This document shows, in pieces, positions 29,526 through 37,584 of a stretch of DNA of 64,000 nucleotides. The notes under the pieces were generated by a model. The model was not told the origin of the DNA. It was given only the letters and a program-made list of their open reading frames with translations, and did not search any database. The stretch spans positions 23,949 to 87,948 of the forward strand of contig JBFMFY010000007.1 of the NCBI GenBank assembly GCA_040751955.1, in the 5' to 3' direction. Every line of letters begins with the position of its first letter. Position 1 is the first letter of the stretch. A program made the position numbers and the translations under genes. The DNA comes from Bacteroidota bacterium. Its GTDB lineage: Bacteria; Bacteroidota; Ignavibacteria; UBA10030; UBA8401.

Positions 29526-30917
29526 TTACTCCTCCTCTTCCCGCGCATACTCCGGCAGGCGGCCGAGCATCGAATCGAGTTCGGCAGCAGCGACGAGATA
29601 ATCATAGATCGACTGCATACGGTTCACTTTCGCCTGAGAGAGCGCAAGCTGCGCATCGTTCACTTCCAATTGCGTTGCAGCATTTGTAAGGAAGCGGGCG
29701 GTGACGATCTTGTAGCCACGTTCCGCCGTCTCGACAGTCTTCTGCTGAGCATCGATACGCTTACGCGCCTGGCGCAGGTTTCCGATCACAGAACGTACGC
29801 CCATCTGCAGATTCCGTTCGAGACTTCCTTTTTGTTCTTCTGTTTTCTGTTTCTCCAGCTGCGCCTGTTCAATGCGCGAACTTGTCTGCAGTCCCTGAAA
29901 AAGATTGAGCGAGAATGTCAATCCCACCTGCGATTGTTTGTAAAAGTCGTTCGTCGAAATTCTGTAATCATCTTTGATCGCCGTGTACGAGTACGAACCG
30001 TACGCCGCGATGGTGGGGAGGAAGTTTGCTTTCTCCGCATACACCAATGCATCGTTCAATTCGATCTGATGTTGTACGATGTTGAGAGCCGGGTTCGATT
30101 CCAGTACGGTTTCATTCGCTGTCATCAATATGGATTCGTCCACTTCCTGCAGCGTTAAACTTTCTGCCGGGATGAAGTTCACCGAATCCGCGACGCCGAT
30201 TGTGTTGCGGAGATTGTCAACAGCAAGATTAAAATTTGTCTCGGACTGAATAACAATCGGGCGGAGATTTTCCACGCCGACTGTTGCGCGCAGTTCGTCG
30301 TATTCGGAGACGATGCCCTGTGACCGCATCAATTGCACATTCTTCAGATTTTCTTCTGCATTTTTCAGATTGGATTGCATCATCGTCAGCGCTTCACGTG
30401 CCAGCAGCGCGCCATAATATGCTTTGCGGACTTTTGTTACCGTCTCGACCTTCTTTTGAAGGAAGATATCCCGCGCCATCTTTGAATAGATATTTGCCGC
30501 ACCAACGCCGATGAAGACCGATCCGTTGAAGAGAATCTGCCGCACGTTCAATGCGGCATTGGCAGAATTTGTGGGGGACATTGAGAAAGGGAGCTCGATC
30601 AGTTGACCGGTCGGCTTCGGTACTTTTGCCGAAGAGTCCATCAGTTTCACGAGCGGATAATAGATTGCATCGGGAAAATAACTCTTCGGCTTGGAGACAA
30701 TGTGGTTGAAATTGCCGCTGAGATCGACTGACGGCATCGTGTATCCCCATGCTTCCATCACACGCGCGTCGGAACGCTCCACCTCCAGCCGCGCGGAAAC
30801 GAGCTCGGGATTATGCTGTATCGCCATTTGGACTGCTGCATCGATCGTGAGCGAGAGTTGCGTAGTGTCTTGCGCGGTTAAACCAAGAGGGACCAAAATA
30901 AAAAATGACGATGTCAT
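29526..30917 (-). CDS. Outer-membrane efflux protein (TolC-like OMF).
   Basis: The start is taken at 'MTSSFFILVPLGLTAQ' (ATG ending at 30917), followed by 'IDAAVQMAIQHNPELVSARLEVERS' and two OEP repeats. The ORF-track N-terminal extension to 31208 runs through the repeat elements and is rejected. Confidence 0.8.
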   Translation of the reverse strand: MTSSFFILVPLGLTAQDTTQLSLTIDAAVQMAIQHNPELVSARLEVERSDARVMEAWGYTMPSVDLSGNFNHIVSKPKSYFPDAIYYPLVKLMDSSAKVPKPTGQLIELPFSMSPTNSANAALNVRQILFNGSVFIGVGAANIYSKMARDIFLQKKVETVTKVRKAYYGALLAREALTMMQSNLKNAEENLKNVQLMRSQGIVSEYDELRATVGVENLRPIVIQSETNFNLAVDNLRNTIGVADSVNFIPAESLTLQEVDESILMTANETVLESNPALNIVQHQIELNDALVYAEKANFLPTIAAYGSYSYTAIKDDYRISTNDFYKQSQVGLTFSLNLFQGLQTSSRIEQAQLEKQKTEEQKGSLERNLQMGVRSVIGNLRQARKRIDAQQKTVETAERGYKIVTARFLTNAATQLEVNDAQLALSQAKVNRMQSIYDYLVAAAELDSMLGRLPEYAREEEE

Positions 30918-31165
30918 TGCGAGGGAGCGCAGCGACCGAAGCAATCTGTTGCTTCTGCGACAAAAAAGGAGATTGCTTCGCCAAACAACGGCTCGCAATG
31001 ACAATGCTTTTCTGCTGTTATTCTGAACAAAGTCCCGACGCAGCGTATCTCCTCCGTGTCGGGACGGAGTGAACCCGCCTGCCGGACGGGCAGGGAATCC
31101 ATCTTCTGGATTCTTCGTCGTCCCGCACAACGCGGGACTCCTCAGAATGACACGGTTGAGGTATT
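30895..31165. repeat. Cluster of 5-6 consecutive GC-rich hairpins and repeat modules between tetR and the tolC-like gene. It overlaps the tolC start codon.
   Basis: GTCATTGCGAGGGAGCGCAGCGACCGAAGCAATC lies with its partner GCTCGCAATGAC. The hairpins are gtcccgac..gtcgggac, cctgccggacgggcagg, gaatcca..tggattc and gtcccgcacaacgcgggac. The module 'ctcctcagaatgacacgg' is shared with 33640-33660. Confidence 0.65.
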
Positions 31166-31204
31166 CTGTTATGCTTCTTGTCTGATGTGATTTGTTTTCT
31201 CTTT

Positions 31205-31888
31205 TCATCTGTACCTCGTATTCAATATTCTGTGTAATTCTTCTTTTCCTTTGTCGGTCAGTATGGATTCAATCAACAGTGTCGTGGAGAGTCGAAGCGT
31301 ATGTTTCAGGTCGATATTCATCGTTTCTTTCCAAAGATCGTACTGCGCGTCGATCCGCATCAGCAGCGTTGTCGCATTCGACCAGAGGACGATCGTTATT
31401 TCGACCGGGCTGAGATCGTCCCGCACCAACCCCTGCCGGACACCCTGTTTCAACGCTTCGATGACGATATTCCACAACTGCTGCGCAACAGAGTCGCATG
31501 AGTGCCTCATCTCCGCAGAGACCTGTTTGTGGAATTGCGGCGTCTCGAAGAAATGCATCATGCGGAAATAGTTTTTGTGCTCTTCGTAGAATTTTGAATA
31601 TGTCTCGCTGAGGTTCAGCAGTGTTACGAGGAACGGAGCCCGTGCGTCGATATCGGAGCGGAACATGTCGTTCAGCAGCGACATACCCCGCATCATGACG
31701 GCGAGGTAGAGATCTTCCTTGCTATGATAATAGAGATAGAGAGTTCCTTTGGCTAGCTCCGCCTGTTCTGCGATCTCGTCCATGGTAGCAAGAAGCAGAC
31801 CTTTGTCGAAGAAGACTTTCTGTGCGGCGTCTATGATCGATTCTTTGCGGCTCTCTTTTTCCCGTTCTTTGCGTTCAACGGTGCCCAT
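31205..31888 (-). CDS. TetR/AcrR family transcriptional regulator, likely repressor of the downstream efflux operon.
   Basis: The HTH region is 'SIIDAAQKVFFDKGLLLATMDEIAEQAELAKGTLYLYYHSKEDLY'. Confidence 0.85.
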   Translation of the reverse strand: MGTVERKEREKESRKESIIDAAQKVFFDKGLLLATMDEIAEQAELAKGTLYLYYHSKEDLYLAVMMRGMSLLNDMFRSDIDARAPFLVTLLNLSETYSKFYEEHKNYFRMMHFFETPQFHKQVSAEMRHSCDSVAQQLWNIVIEALKQGVRQGLVRDDLSPVEITIVLWSNATTLLMRIDAQYDLWKETMNIDLKHTLRLSTTLLIESILTDKGKEELHRILNTRYR

Positions 31889-32371
31889 TTTTTTCCACTA
31901 AGGCACGAAGTTACAATTAAGAGTCTCACGTTTCAGGATTCAGGTTTCAGGTTTTTAATCATCAAGGCAGACTTTAAGCATGAGACATGAAATGTGAAAC
32001 CTGAAGCAGTATTCGTGTTTGTGAACTTATAAACAGGGACTGACTTGCGGTCAGTTACTACATGCAAGTCTTGCAAGTTTTTTGTTGGTAAGCAAGAATG
32101 AAATCAGGAAAAATATTTTGTTATTCGGACAAATCGCTCTTGGGAAAACAAACGGAATTGCAGAAAATGAAATCCGGAGAAGAATGTGCTGTATTCAATT
32201 TTTTTCACCGAGAAAAATATCTGTTTTCATTGTCGCTTTTTTCCAACGTAACAATTGTGACATTCTACGGAGATGGGGACGAAGAAGTTGCTAAAATATT
32301 GGCGGGCGTGTGTTACGGAATTTTTGGAAAAAATGTTTGGCAAGTGTGAACAGAATAACTGCGGTTCATTC

Positions 32372-33571
32372 TTACAGTATGTTCCGGTATGATTCAGTGA
32401 TTTCGGATCTCATCATATCGAAGAGCGGTGAATGCAGAGATCGTTTCATAGAAGAAATCAATAGTGTCGCTTCCACATACGCCGCCGTGTACGTCGTGCC
32501 GCGGTACTCGGGATAAAACGGATTAACGGTGATTGCAGCGAGAAGGATAGGTTTACGATACGAGATGATGATGTTGAGTCCGGTCAGTTGTGCAATGTGT
32601 TGTGCGGTGCGCTGCGGCTCGCCGGAAAGAAGGAGGGAGATGGGATCGGTGAAGATAATTTCATGCGGGCGGTCTGCTTCTTGCAGGAGACGAATTCTTT
32701 CGGTAAGTGTTTGCAAACCAATCGATGTAATCAATCCATTGATAATAAGTGGATTCCCGCTTTCGCTGGAACGACAATCCTCTTTATAATGTAATATTAA
32801 CTTTTCGACTTCCGTTGCGTCAATAATGGTTGAGGAGGAGCTCCCGGCAGGTAAAGCGAGATTCTTCGCTTCGCTCGGAATGACATTGATTGAGAAGTTG
32901 TTTTGTTTATTATTCCACTGCGTCTTACCGAATTGAAATAAGAATTCAATCGCTTTCATTTCCTCAACAAGAGCGGCAATGTCGGTTGTCCGTGCTGCGC
33001 CGGTGGTGAAGATGATCTTGTCGACAACAGACATCGGTGCAATACGATTGAGCGAACCATCAACAAAAATATCTTTGCAACCTAAATCTGTCATCTGTCG
33101 CACAACCTTTTCGAGTTCGCTCCGTTTGTTCGGTCCCGCAAGCACAATCAAGCCGGGTGTCTCACATCGCACAATGACGATCTCGCCGAGCGCAGTGTAC
33201 AATCCGGTTTTCTGAATGATGCTCCAGCCTCTCGCCGGCACGCATTGCAACGATGTTGAAGCGATCATTCCATGATGAAGAAAGATGCGCGGCTTCGGAA
33301 GTGATGTGATGTTGTCGATCTCTTCGCCGTCATAGCCGATACTGGTAACGCCGGTTGTCATTCGGAACGAAGTCCCGAAGGGACGAGTGAGGAATCTGGA
33401 CTGAATATGCGGCGGAGAAGCAGATTTCTCGCCTCCTTCGTCGGCTCGAAATGACACCGATGAAGTATTGTCTGCATCCAGAACTCCAAACTGAGATTTG
33501 TGAAGCAGCGCGTTGAGCGTGGTGGTCTTGCCGGTGTTCTTTGCCGTCCCTGCGATGCCGATGATGGACAT
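32372..33571 (-). CDS. P-loop NTPase with a deviant Walker A motif (SIMIBI-class, KxxxGKTT). It may be a B12-enzyme accessory/chaperone. The coding sequence carries two repeat-derived segments.
   Basis: The N-terminus is 'MSIIGIAGTAKNTGKTTTLNAL'. The region 33356-33456 is a palindromic repeat element read in-frame ('VSFRADEGGEKSASPPHIQSRFLTRPFGTSFRMT'). A degenerate repeat remnant lies at 32751-32780 ('RSSESGNPL'). Confidence 0.5.
   Translation of the reverse strand: MSIIGIAGTAKNTGKTTTLNALLHKSQFGVLDADNTSSVSFRADEGGEKSASPPHIQSRFLTRPFGTSFRMTTGVTSIGYDGEEIDNITSLPKPRIFLHHGMIASTSLQCVPARGWSIIQKTGLYTALGEIVIVRCETPGLIVLAGPNKRSELEKVVRQMTDLGCKDIFVDGSLNRIAPMSVVDKIIFTTGAARTTDIAALVEEMKAIEFLFQFGKTQWNNKQNNFSINVIPSEAKNLALPAGSSSSTIIDATEVEKLILHYKEDCRSSESGNPLIINGLITSIGLQTLTERIRLLQEADRPHEIIFTDPISLLLSGEPQRTAQHIAQLTGLNIIISYRKPILLAAITVNPFYPEYRGTTYTAAYVEATLLISSMKRSLHSPLFDMMRSEITESYRNIL
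33356..33456. repeat. Nested-palindrome element embedded in-frame inside the P-loop NTPase coding sequence.
   Basis: The sequence is TGTCATTCGGAACGAAG-tcccgaagggac-...-gagaagcagatttctcgcctccttcgtcggCTCGAAATGACA. Its terminal inverted repeats match the intergenic copies. Confidence 0.6.
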
Positions 33572-33589
33572 AAAAACGAAAATGTGATT

Positions 33590-33695
33590 TGAGGAATTTC
33601 TTTACTGGATTCTTCACTTCATCCCGATCTAAATCATCGGGACTCGTTCAGAATGACACGGTATATTCAGATTTCTCGCTTTGCTCGAAATGACA
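33590..33695. repeat. Repeat element between the P-loop and aminomutase genes.
   Basis: The hairpin tcccgatctaaatcatcggga, 'ctcgttcagaatgacacgg' and 'gatttctcgctttgctcgaaatgaca' are present. The last is the reverse complement of the 35842 module. Confidence 0.6.
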
Positions 33696-33726
33696 AAGGG
33701 AAATGAATATTTCAGAAGTCACATAT

Positions 33727-35526
33727 TTATTGAATGACTGTTCCTTTGCCGAACGTTCCCGGATACGCGCCGTCCTCTTTGCTGCCGAGTGCGCCGGCGT
33801 TGATTGCTTCGGGGAGATTTGCATATGCGGCAACTGTTTCAAGAGTCGATTGGATCTTTCGAACGAAATCATCTGTGAAATTGTCCGCTGCGGCTGTCGG
33901 TTGGAATGATGCATCTCCCATGAACCGGAATGCATCGGTCACGGCGCGGATGGAATCGATGCGCGATGCAATCGTGATGGGTCCGCGTGAGAACGCTTCG
34001 TCAGTTGACGCTATTGTAATTGCATCTACTCCGGCACATGCAGCGAGCGCGGCGTGGTACGATGTGGCATTTGCCGATTGCACGCGTTCTTCCGTCTGCG
34101 TCATGAACGCGATCGGTTCGCCGGGCCAGATCGGTGCATCAACGATCGAACGGAGCGCGCGGATCTTTGCAGCGTTGTAATCGACATAATTCTGTTTCAT
34201 CTGTCCATGCAGAACAATATCCGGTCCGTAGCAGAAGAGAGGTTTCAGGATCGCTTTTGCCCCGAGTTTTTTTCCGAGCATCACGTTGATCAATAATCCC
34301 GCAAGTGATTTTGCAGCAGGCACGCCGCTCAGTTCATCGTTTCCCGGAATGTCGAACGCCATGATATGCTCGGCTGCGATCTTCATCGCAAACAGACCAT
34401 CCACAGTCAATCGCTCAGGATCTGTACCTGCGCCGAGCGATCCGTACACAAGATTGATCTTTGTCATATCGGCGCCCGCTTGTGCGGCGAGATAGATCGT
34501 CTCCGGCGTGTTCAATCCACGGTGTGCGCGGACAGTAAGTAATGTCGAAGGGTCCAGAGATTCCCTCATCAACCGTACATTTTCTTCAGAGGTGATCGTT
34601 CCGTCGTTCTCATGCGTCAGGAGTCCGTGGAGCAATCCTTCGTACCGCGCCTCCCACGACGGATTGATGATGAGGAATCCGTCAACGCCGTACCGCTCGC
34701 AGATCTTTGCGTGAACGATATCCATCGTCGGACATCCGCTGCCGAGGAATTTGAAAATGAGCGGCTGGCGTGCGTTGTGCCGGATATTCTGTTGATGCAG
34801 CGATTGTTTCTGGCGGAGGAGCAGCCGGATATTTTCGACTTCGTTGTCCGTGATGTAGCGGACCCCTTTCGGGAATATTTTTTTGGAATTCGCATCGGCG
34901 ATAACCGGATCGCACAGTGCGTCGTACCGATCCATTAATGATCTTCTGCGGGACGAGTCCGTAACTACGGAGAGTTCCTGACGTATCTTGCATCGTTCTA
35001 TTCCGGCGGACGATTTACCTTCTGCCCAGCGCAACGTTTTTTCCGCAATTGTATCGAGCAGATCGCCGATTCGTCTGTGCCGGAAGGAATAGAAATAGTG
35101 GCACGTGATATCCGGTTTTGTCCGCTCATGGTTGCCGGCGGCGCTGTGCAACGGACGATCTTCAATGTATGCAATCACTTCGTCGATCGATGAGTGTTCG
35201 CCGAATCCTTTGTCGAAGCCGAGTTCCGCGGCAAGTTCCGGTGTGATCGGTTTTCCTCCCAATACTATTTTTGTCGATTCGCGAACGCCTGCAGCATCAA
35301 GCAGGTCGTTGAATCGTGCAAGCAGCTCTGCCACACCGTACCCCAGCGTGCGGCTGACAAGGATGTAATCATACTGTGTTGCCGATGCTTTTTTCACGAT
35401 CTCTTCCATCGAAAGGTCGGGGGGGAGGAGTTCGGTGCAATGTCCGCGCTCTGCAAGAGAATTTTTTATTAGTTTGATGCCGACATCGTGGACCGGATCG
35501 AACGGGACGCAGAGGATCTTTTTCAT
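33727..35526 (-). CDS. Fused cobalamin-binding domain and aminomutase catalytic TIM-barrel protein (lysine 5,6-aminomutase alpha / D-ornithine 4,5-aminomutase E-like).
   Basis: The start is taken at 'MKKILCVPFDPVHDVGIKL'. This N-terminal B12-binding domain carries the DxHxxG motif 'DPVHDVG' and aligns with glutamate mutase S ('VLGVIGSDCHAVGNKIL'). The C-terminal region 'ENVRLMRESLDP...' matches KamD 'ENFRLMREALD'. The Arg/Cys-rich 58-aa N-terminal extension in the ORF track is rejected. Confidence 0.6.
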   Translation of the reverse strand: MKKILCVPFDPVHDVGIKLIKNSLAERGHCTELLPPDLSMEEIVKKASATQYDYILVSRTLGYGVAELLARFNDLLDAAGVRESTKIVLGGKPITPELAAELGFDKGFGEHSSIDEVIAYIEDRPLHSAAGNHERTKPDITCHYFYSFRHRRIGDLLDTIAEKTLRWAEGKSSAGIERCKIRQELSVVTDSSRRRSLMDRYDALCDPVIADANSKKIFPKGVRYITDNEVENIRLLLRQKQSLHQQNIRHNARQPLIFKFLGSGCPTMDIVHAKICERYGVDGFLIINPSWEARYEGLLHGLLTHENDGTITSEENVRLMRESLDPSTLLTVRAHRGLNTPETIYLAAQAGADMTKINLVYGSLGAGTDPERLTVDGLFAMKIAAEHIMAFDIPGNDELSGVPAAKSLAGLLINVMLGKKLGAKAILKPLFCYGPDIVLHGQMKQNYVDYNAAKIRALRSIVDAPIWPGEPIAFMTQTEERVQSANATSYHAALAACAGVDAITIASTDEAFSRGPITIASRIDSIRAVTDAFRFMGDASFQPTAAADNFTDDFVRKIQSTLETVAAYANLPEAINAGALGSKEDGAYPGTFGKGTVIQ

Positions 35527-35807
35527 TGCGGGTCGCTCTCCAGCCAGTGGTACTTTTGTGCAGGACGATGGATGTATTTGCGGATACGGACACGGACGCC
35601 GTACCCGTCGAATTCTTCGAACATGACATCGACATCTCCGAGATTCATTTCTTTTCCGAGCTGCAGCGCAAGCGCATGTCCTTGATGTGCATTGGTACAC
35701 ATCAGGTATGCTTCAACATCGACCGCGTCGATAACTTTATTGAGGGCTGACATGTTTAACCTATTATAATTCCATGCAATCGGTTTTAAGAAAATTTCAA
35801 ATTTCAA
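35523..35807 (-). CDS. Small hypothetical protein, translationally coupled (ATGA overlap) to the aminomutase gene. It could be a small subunit or partner (OraS-like role).
   Basis: The 94-aa ORF has its stop overlapping the aminomutase ATG. The real start may be 'MSALNKVIDAV' at about 35753. No recognisable motif was found. Confidence 0.3.
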   Translation of the reverse strand: MKFEIFLKPIAWNYNRLNMSALNKVIDAVDVEAYLMCTNAHQGHALALQLGKEMNLGDVDVMFEEFDGYGVRVRIRKYIHRPAQKYHWLESDPQ

Positions 35808-35841
35808 ATAAATCGAGACATCTGAAAAATTATCTTGGTAC

Positions 35842-35928
35842 TGTCATTTCGAGCGAAGCGAGAAATCTCGCCGTTGAATTTGAAAAGAAAAACGAGATTC
35901 CTCGTTAAACAGCAACTCGGAATGACAT
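35842..35928. repeat. Repeat element upstream of the small-ORF/aminomutase pair.
   Basis: The sequence is TGTCATTTCGAGCGAAGCGAGAAATCTCG ... CGAGATTCCTCGTTAAACAGCAACTCGGAATGACA. Confidence 0.6.
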
Positions 35929-36004
35929 TGATTTGAGATTTTTCAGATGGTCCCAATCTCAAATTCCATAACACGGAACCTTACATGTATAGCGCAAAGT
36001 TTTA

Positions 36005-37471
36005 CTATTCAAATGTTCCCGCATGGCTGCAGACGATCTCGATCAACATCACCAGCGCGCGGACGATCATCTGTGCACGCTCGTGGATCAACTGTCCCTT
36101 TGAATCGCACGTGCCGAGTCCGGGAGAGATGAAGAAGTTGGCGTCGTACGCGATCGTCGGAATGATTCCCATCGCCGTCATTCCGTCCTGGAACAGATGC
36201 GAACCAGCGTACATATCTTCGATGGAGAAAATGGGAATACCGAGTTTTCCGTTCTTCCAACTCTCTTCGTAGTTGATCTCTACCGCGCCGCTATTTCTGC
36301 TTCTGTATATCTTGAAGAAGGGACGGATTCGGGAATCGATCTTTGCAAATTCTTTCTCACAGATCTCGTACAGTTCATCCACCGGCTTCGTCACAACTTC
36401 AGGATGATCGCGGAGAACTTTCAACGCCGCAACTTGTCCCGACAATCCTTCTTTTCCAGGATCGTGCGTAACGAAAGCGGCTTTGCCGTACGATGCGGTG
36501 GTACCGTACCGGTTTCCATGCATGCCGAGCGCGCGGCGGATCGGAACGAGCACATCTTCTTTTCCGATGATCAATCCACTCGTCGGTGAACCGGTTGCTT
36601 TATCCATACTATAGATCATCACATCGGCGCCGATCTTTTTGATGCTGTTGCCAATAATCGGGAGTCCCCACGCGTTGTCGATGATGTAGGGGACATTGTA
36701 TTCTTTTGCAAGCGAAGCCAAACCTTTTTGCAGCAGCGGAGTTCCGTCGGAATCTTTTTCTCCGTACCCGTATCCCGGTGTGTCGTACCCGAGCGACGCA
36801 AAACCAGAAAGCATCGTCTCGTGCCGCTTTGCCTGCTTCCCGATCTCTGTCAACGATTCTTTTGCATTGATATTCTTCATTAATGGAACAGGATAATATT
36901 TTATTCCATGCACGGGATATTCGGCGCCAGCCATCGGAACAAAGATGGTGTCGAAGTTCGCCTGACGTTTTCCGTAGAAACCCAATTCGCCTGCGGTACT
37001 GCCGCGATCTGCAAGGATATCTTTATACTTCGGAGGGAAGGGGCGTCCGTATGATGCTTGATGATGTGCATGACGTTCCAACGGAGCAATGTATCTCGAG
37101 CGATAGTTGTCGCCGCGTCCCTGAAATGGCGGTGTCATCAAGCATTCGAACGTCGTCCATAATCCGGCTTCGCATGTGTTCACGGGACATGCATCATATT
37201 CATCCCCGTACGTATCTTTAATGATCTCGCGGATCTGATCGACATAAACGGCGAGCGGAACCACTTTTTTCCCTTCAGTCGCCATCGCGTGTTCGATATC
37301 GTCACGAAGCGGCGAGGGGCAGCCGGAGATTGCGCCGGTGAGTCCGATCGCCCCTTTTAATTCTGCCGGAATGTTGAGAGATTCAGCCGCTTTTTTCGCT
37401 TCGGCATAAATTTGTTGTGTGCGTTGTTGCAGCTGTTTGTACATCTGAAATTTGAATTTAGGTGCAGGCAT
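36005..37471 (-). CDS. PLP-dependent enzyme of the SelA-like family (L-seryl-tRNA selenium transferase-like fold). It is a candidate beta-subunit of a 2-amino-4-ketopentanoate-thiolase-like enzyme.
   Basis: 'IYSMDKATGSPTSGLIIGKEDVL' matches the SelA-type PLP-lysine region 'FSGDKLLGGPQAG..G'. The protein is 488 aa. Confidence 0.5.
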   Translation of the reverse strand: MPAPKFKFQMYKQLQQRTQQIYAEAKKAAESLNIPAELKGAIGLTGAISGCPSPLRDDIEHAMATEGKKVVPLAVYVDQIREIIKDTYGDEYDACPVNTCEAGLWTTFECLMTPPFQGRGDNYRSRYIAPLERHAHHQASYGRPFPPKYKDILADRGSTAGELGFYGKRQANFDTIFVPMAGAEYPVHGIKYYPVPLMKNINAKESLTEIGKQAKRHETMLSGFASLGYDTPGYGYGEKDSDGTPLLQKGLASLAKEYNVPYIIDNAWGLPIIGNSIKKIGADVMIYSMDKATGSPTSGLIIGKEDVLVPIRRALGMHGNRYGTTASYGKAAFVTHDPGKEGLSGQVAALKVLRDHPEVVTKPVDELYEICEKEFAKIDSRIRPFFKIYRSRNSGAVEINYEESWKNGKLGIPIFSIEDMYAGSHLFQDGMTAMGIIPTIAYDANFFISPGLGTCDSKGQLIHERAQMIVRALVMLIEIVCSHAGTFE

Positions 37472-37519
37472 GGTTGGTTTCCTTTTTTAAATGTGTTGAG
37501 CAATTTTTCTTGCCGTTGT

Positions 37520-37580
37520 TGTCATTCCCGCGAAAGCGGGAATCCAGGATCTGGATGCCGGCGTACGCTGGCATGACGAG
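37520..37580. repeat. Repeat element GTCATTCCCGCGAAAGCGGGAATCC plus a second module, between the PLP enzyme gene and the small ORF.
   Basis: A perfect hairpin ATTCCCGC-gaaa-GCGGGAAT is present. The overlapping ORFs translate to the spurious peptides '...FPRKRESRIWMPAYAGMT' and 'WIPAFAGMT'. Confidence 0.7.
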
Positions 37581-37584
37581 GTAT

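Noticed and set aside
28175-31165. Possibility that the repeated palindromic units are a CRISPR array
   Set aside because: There is no regular repeat-spacer periodicity. The units are long, imperfect and nested palindromes scattered in intergenic gaps. No cas genes are present.
30918-31208. N-terminal 97-codon extension of the tolC-like ORF given by the ORF track
   Set aside because: It runs through the repeat cluster. A proper signal peptide begins at the internal ATG (30917).
32098-32349. 83-aa plus-strand ORF in the tetR upstream region
   Set aside because: There is no RBS and no recognisable motif. The region is dominated by repeats and hairpins.
35527-35700. N-terminal 58-codon extension of the aminomutase ORF
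   Set aside because: It is Arg/Cys-rich low complexity. The B12-binding fold begins at 'MKKILCV', which also gives ATGA coupling with the upstream small ORF.
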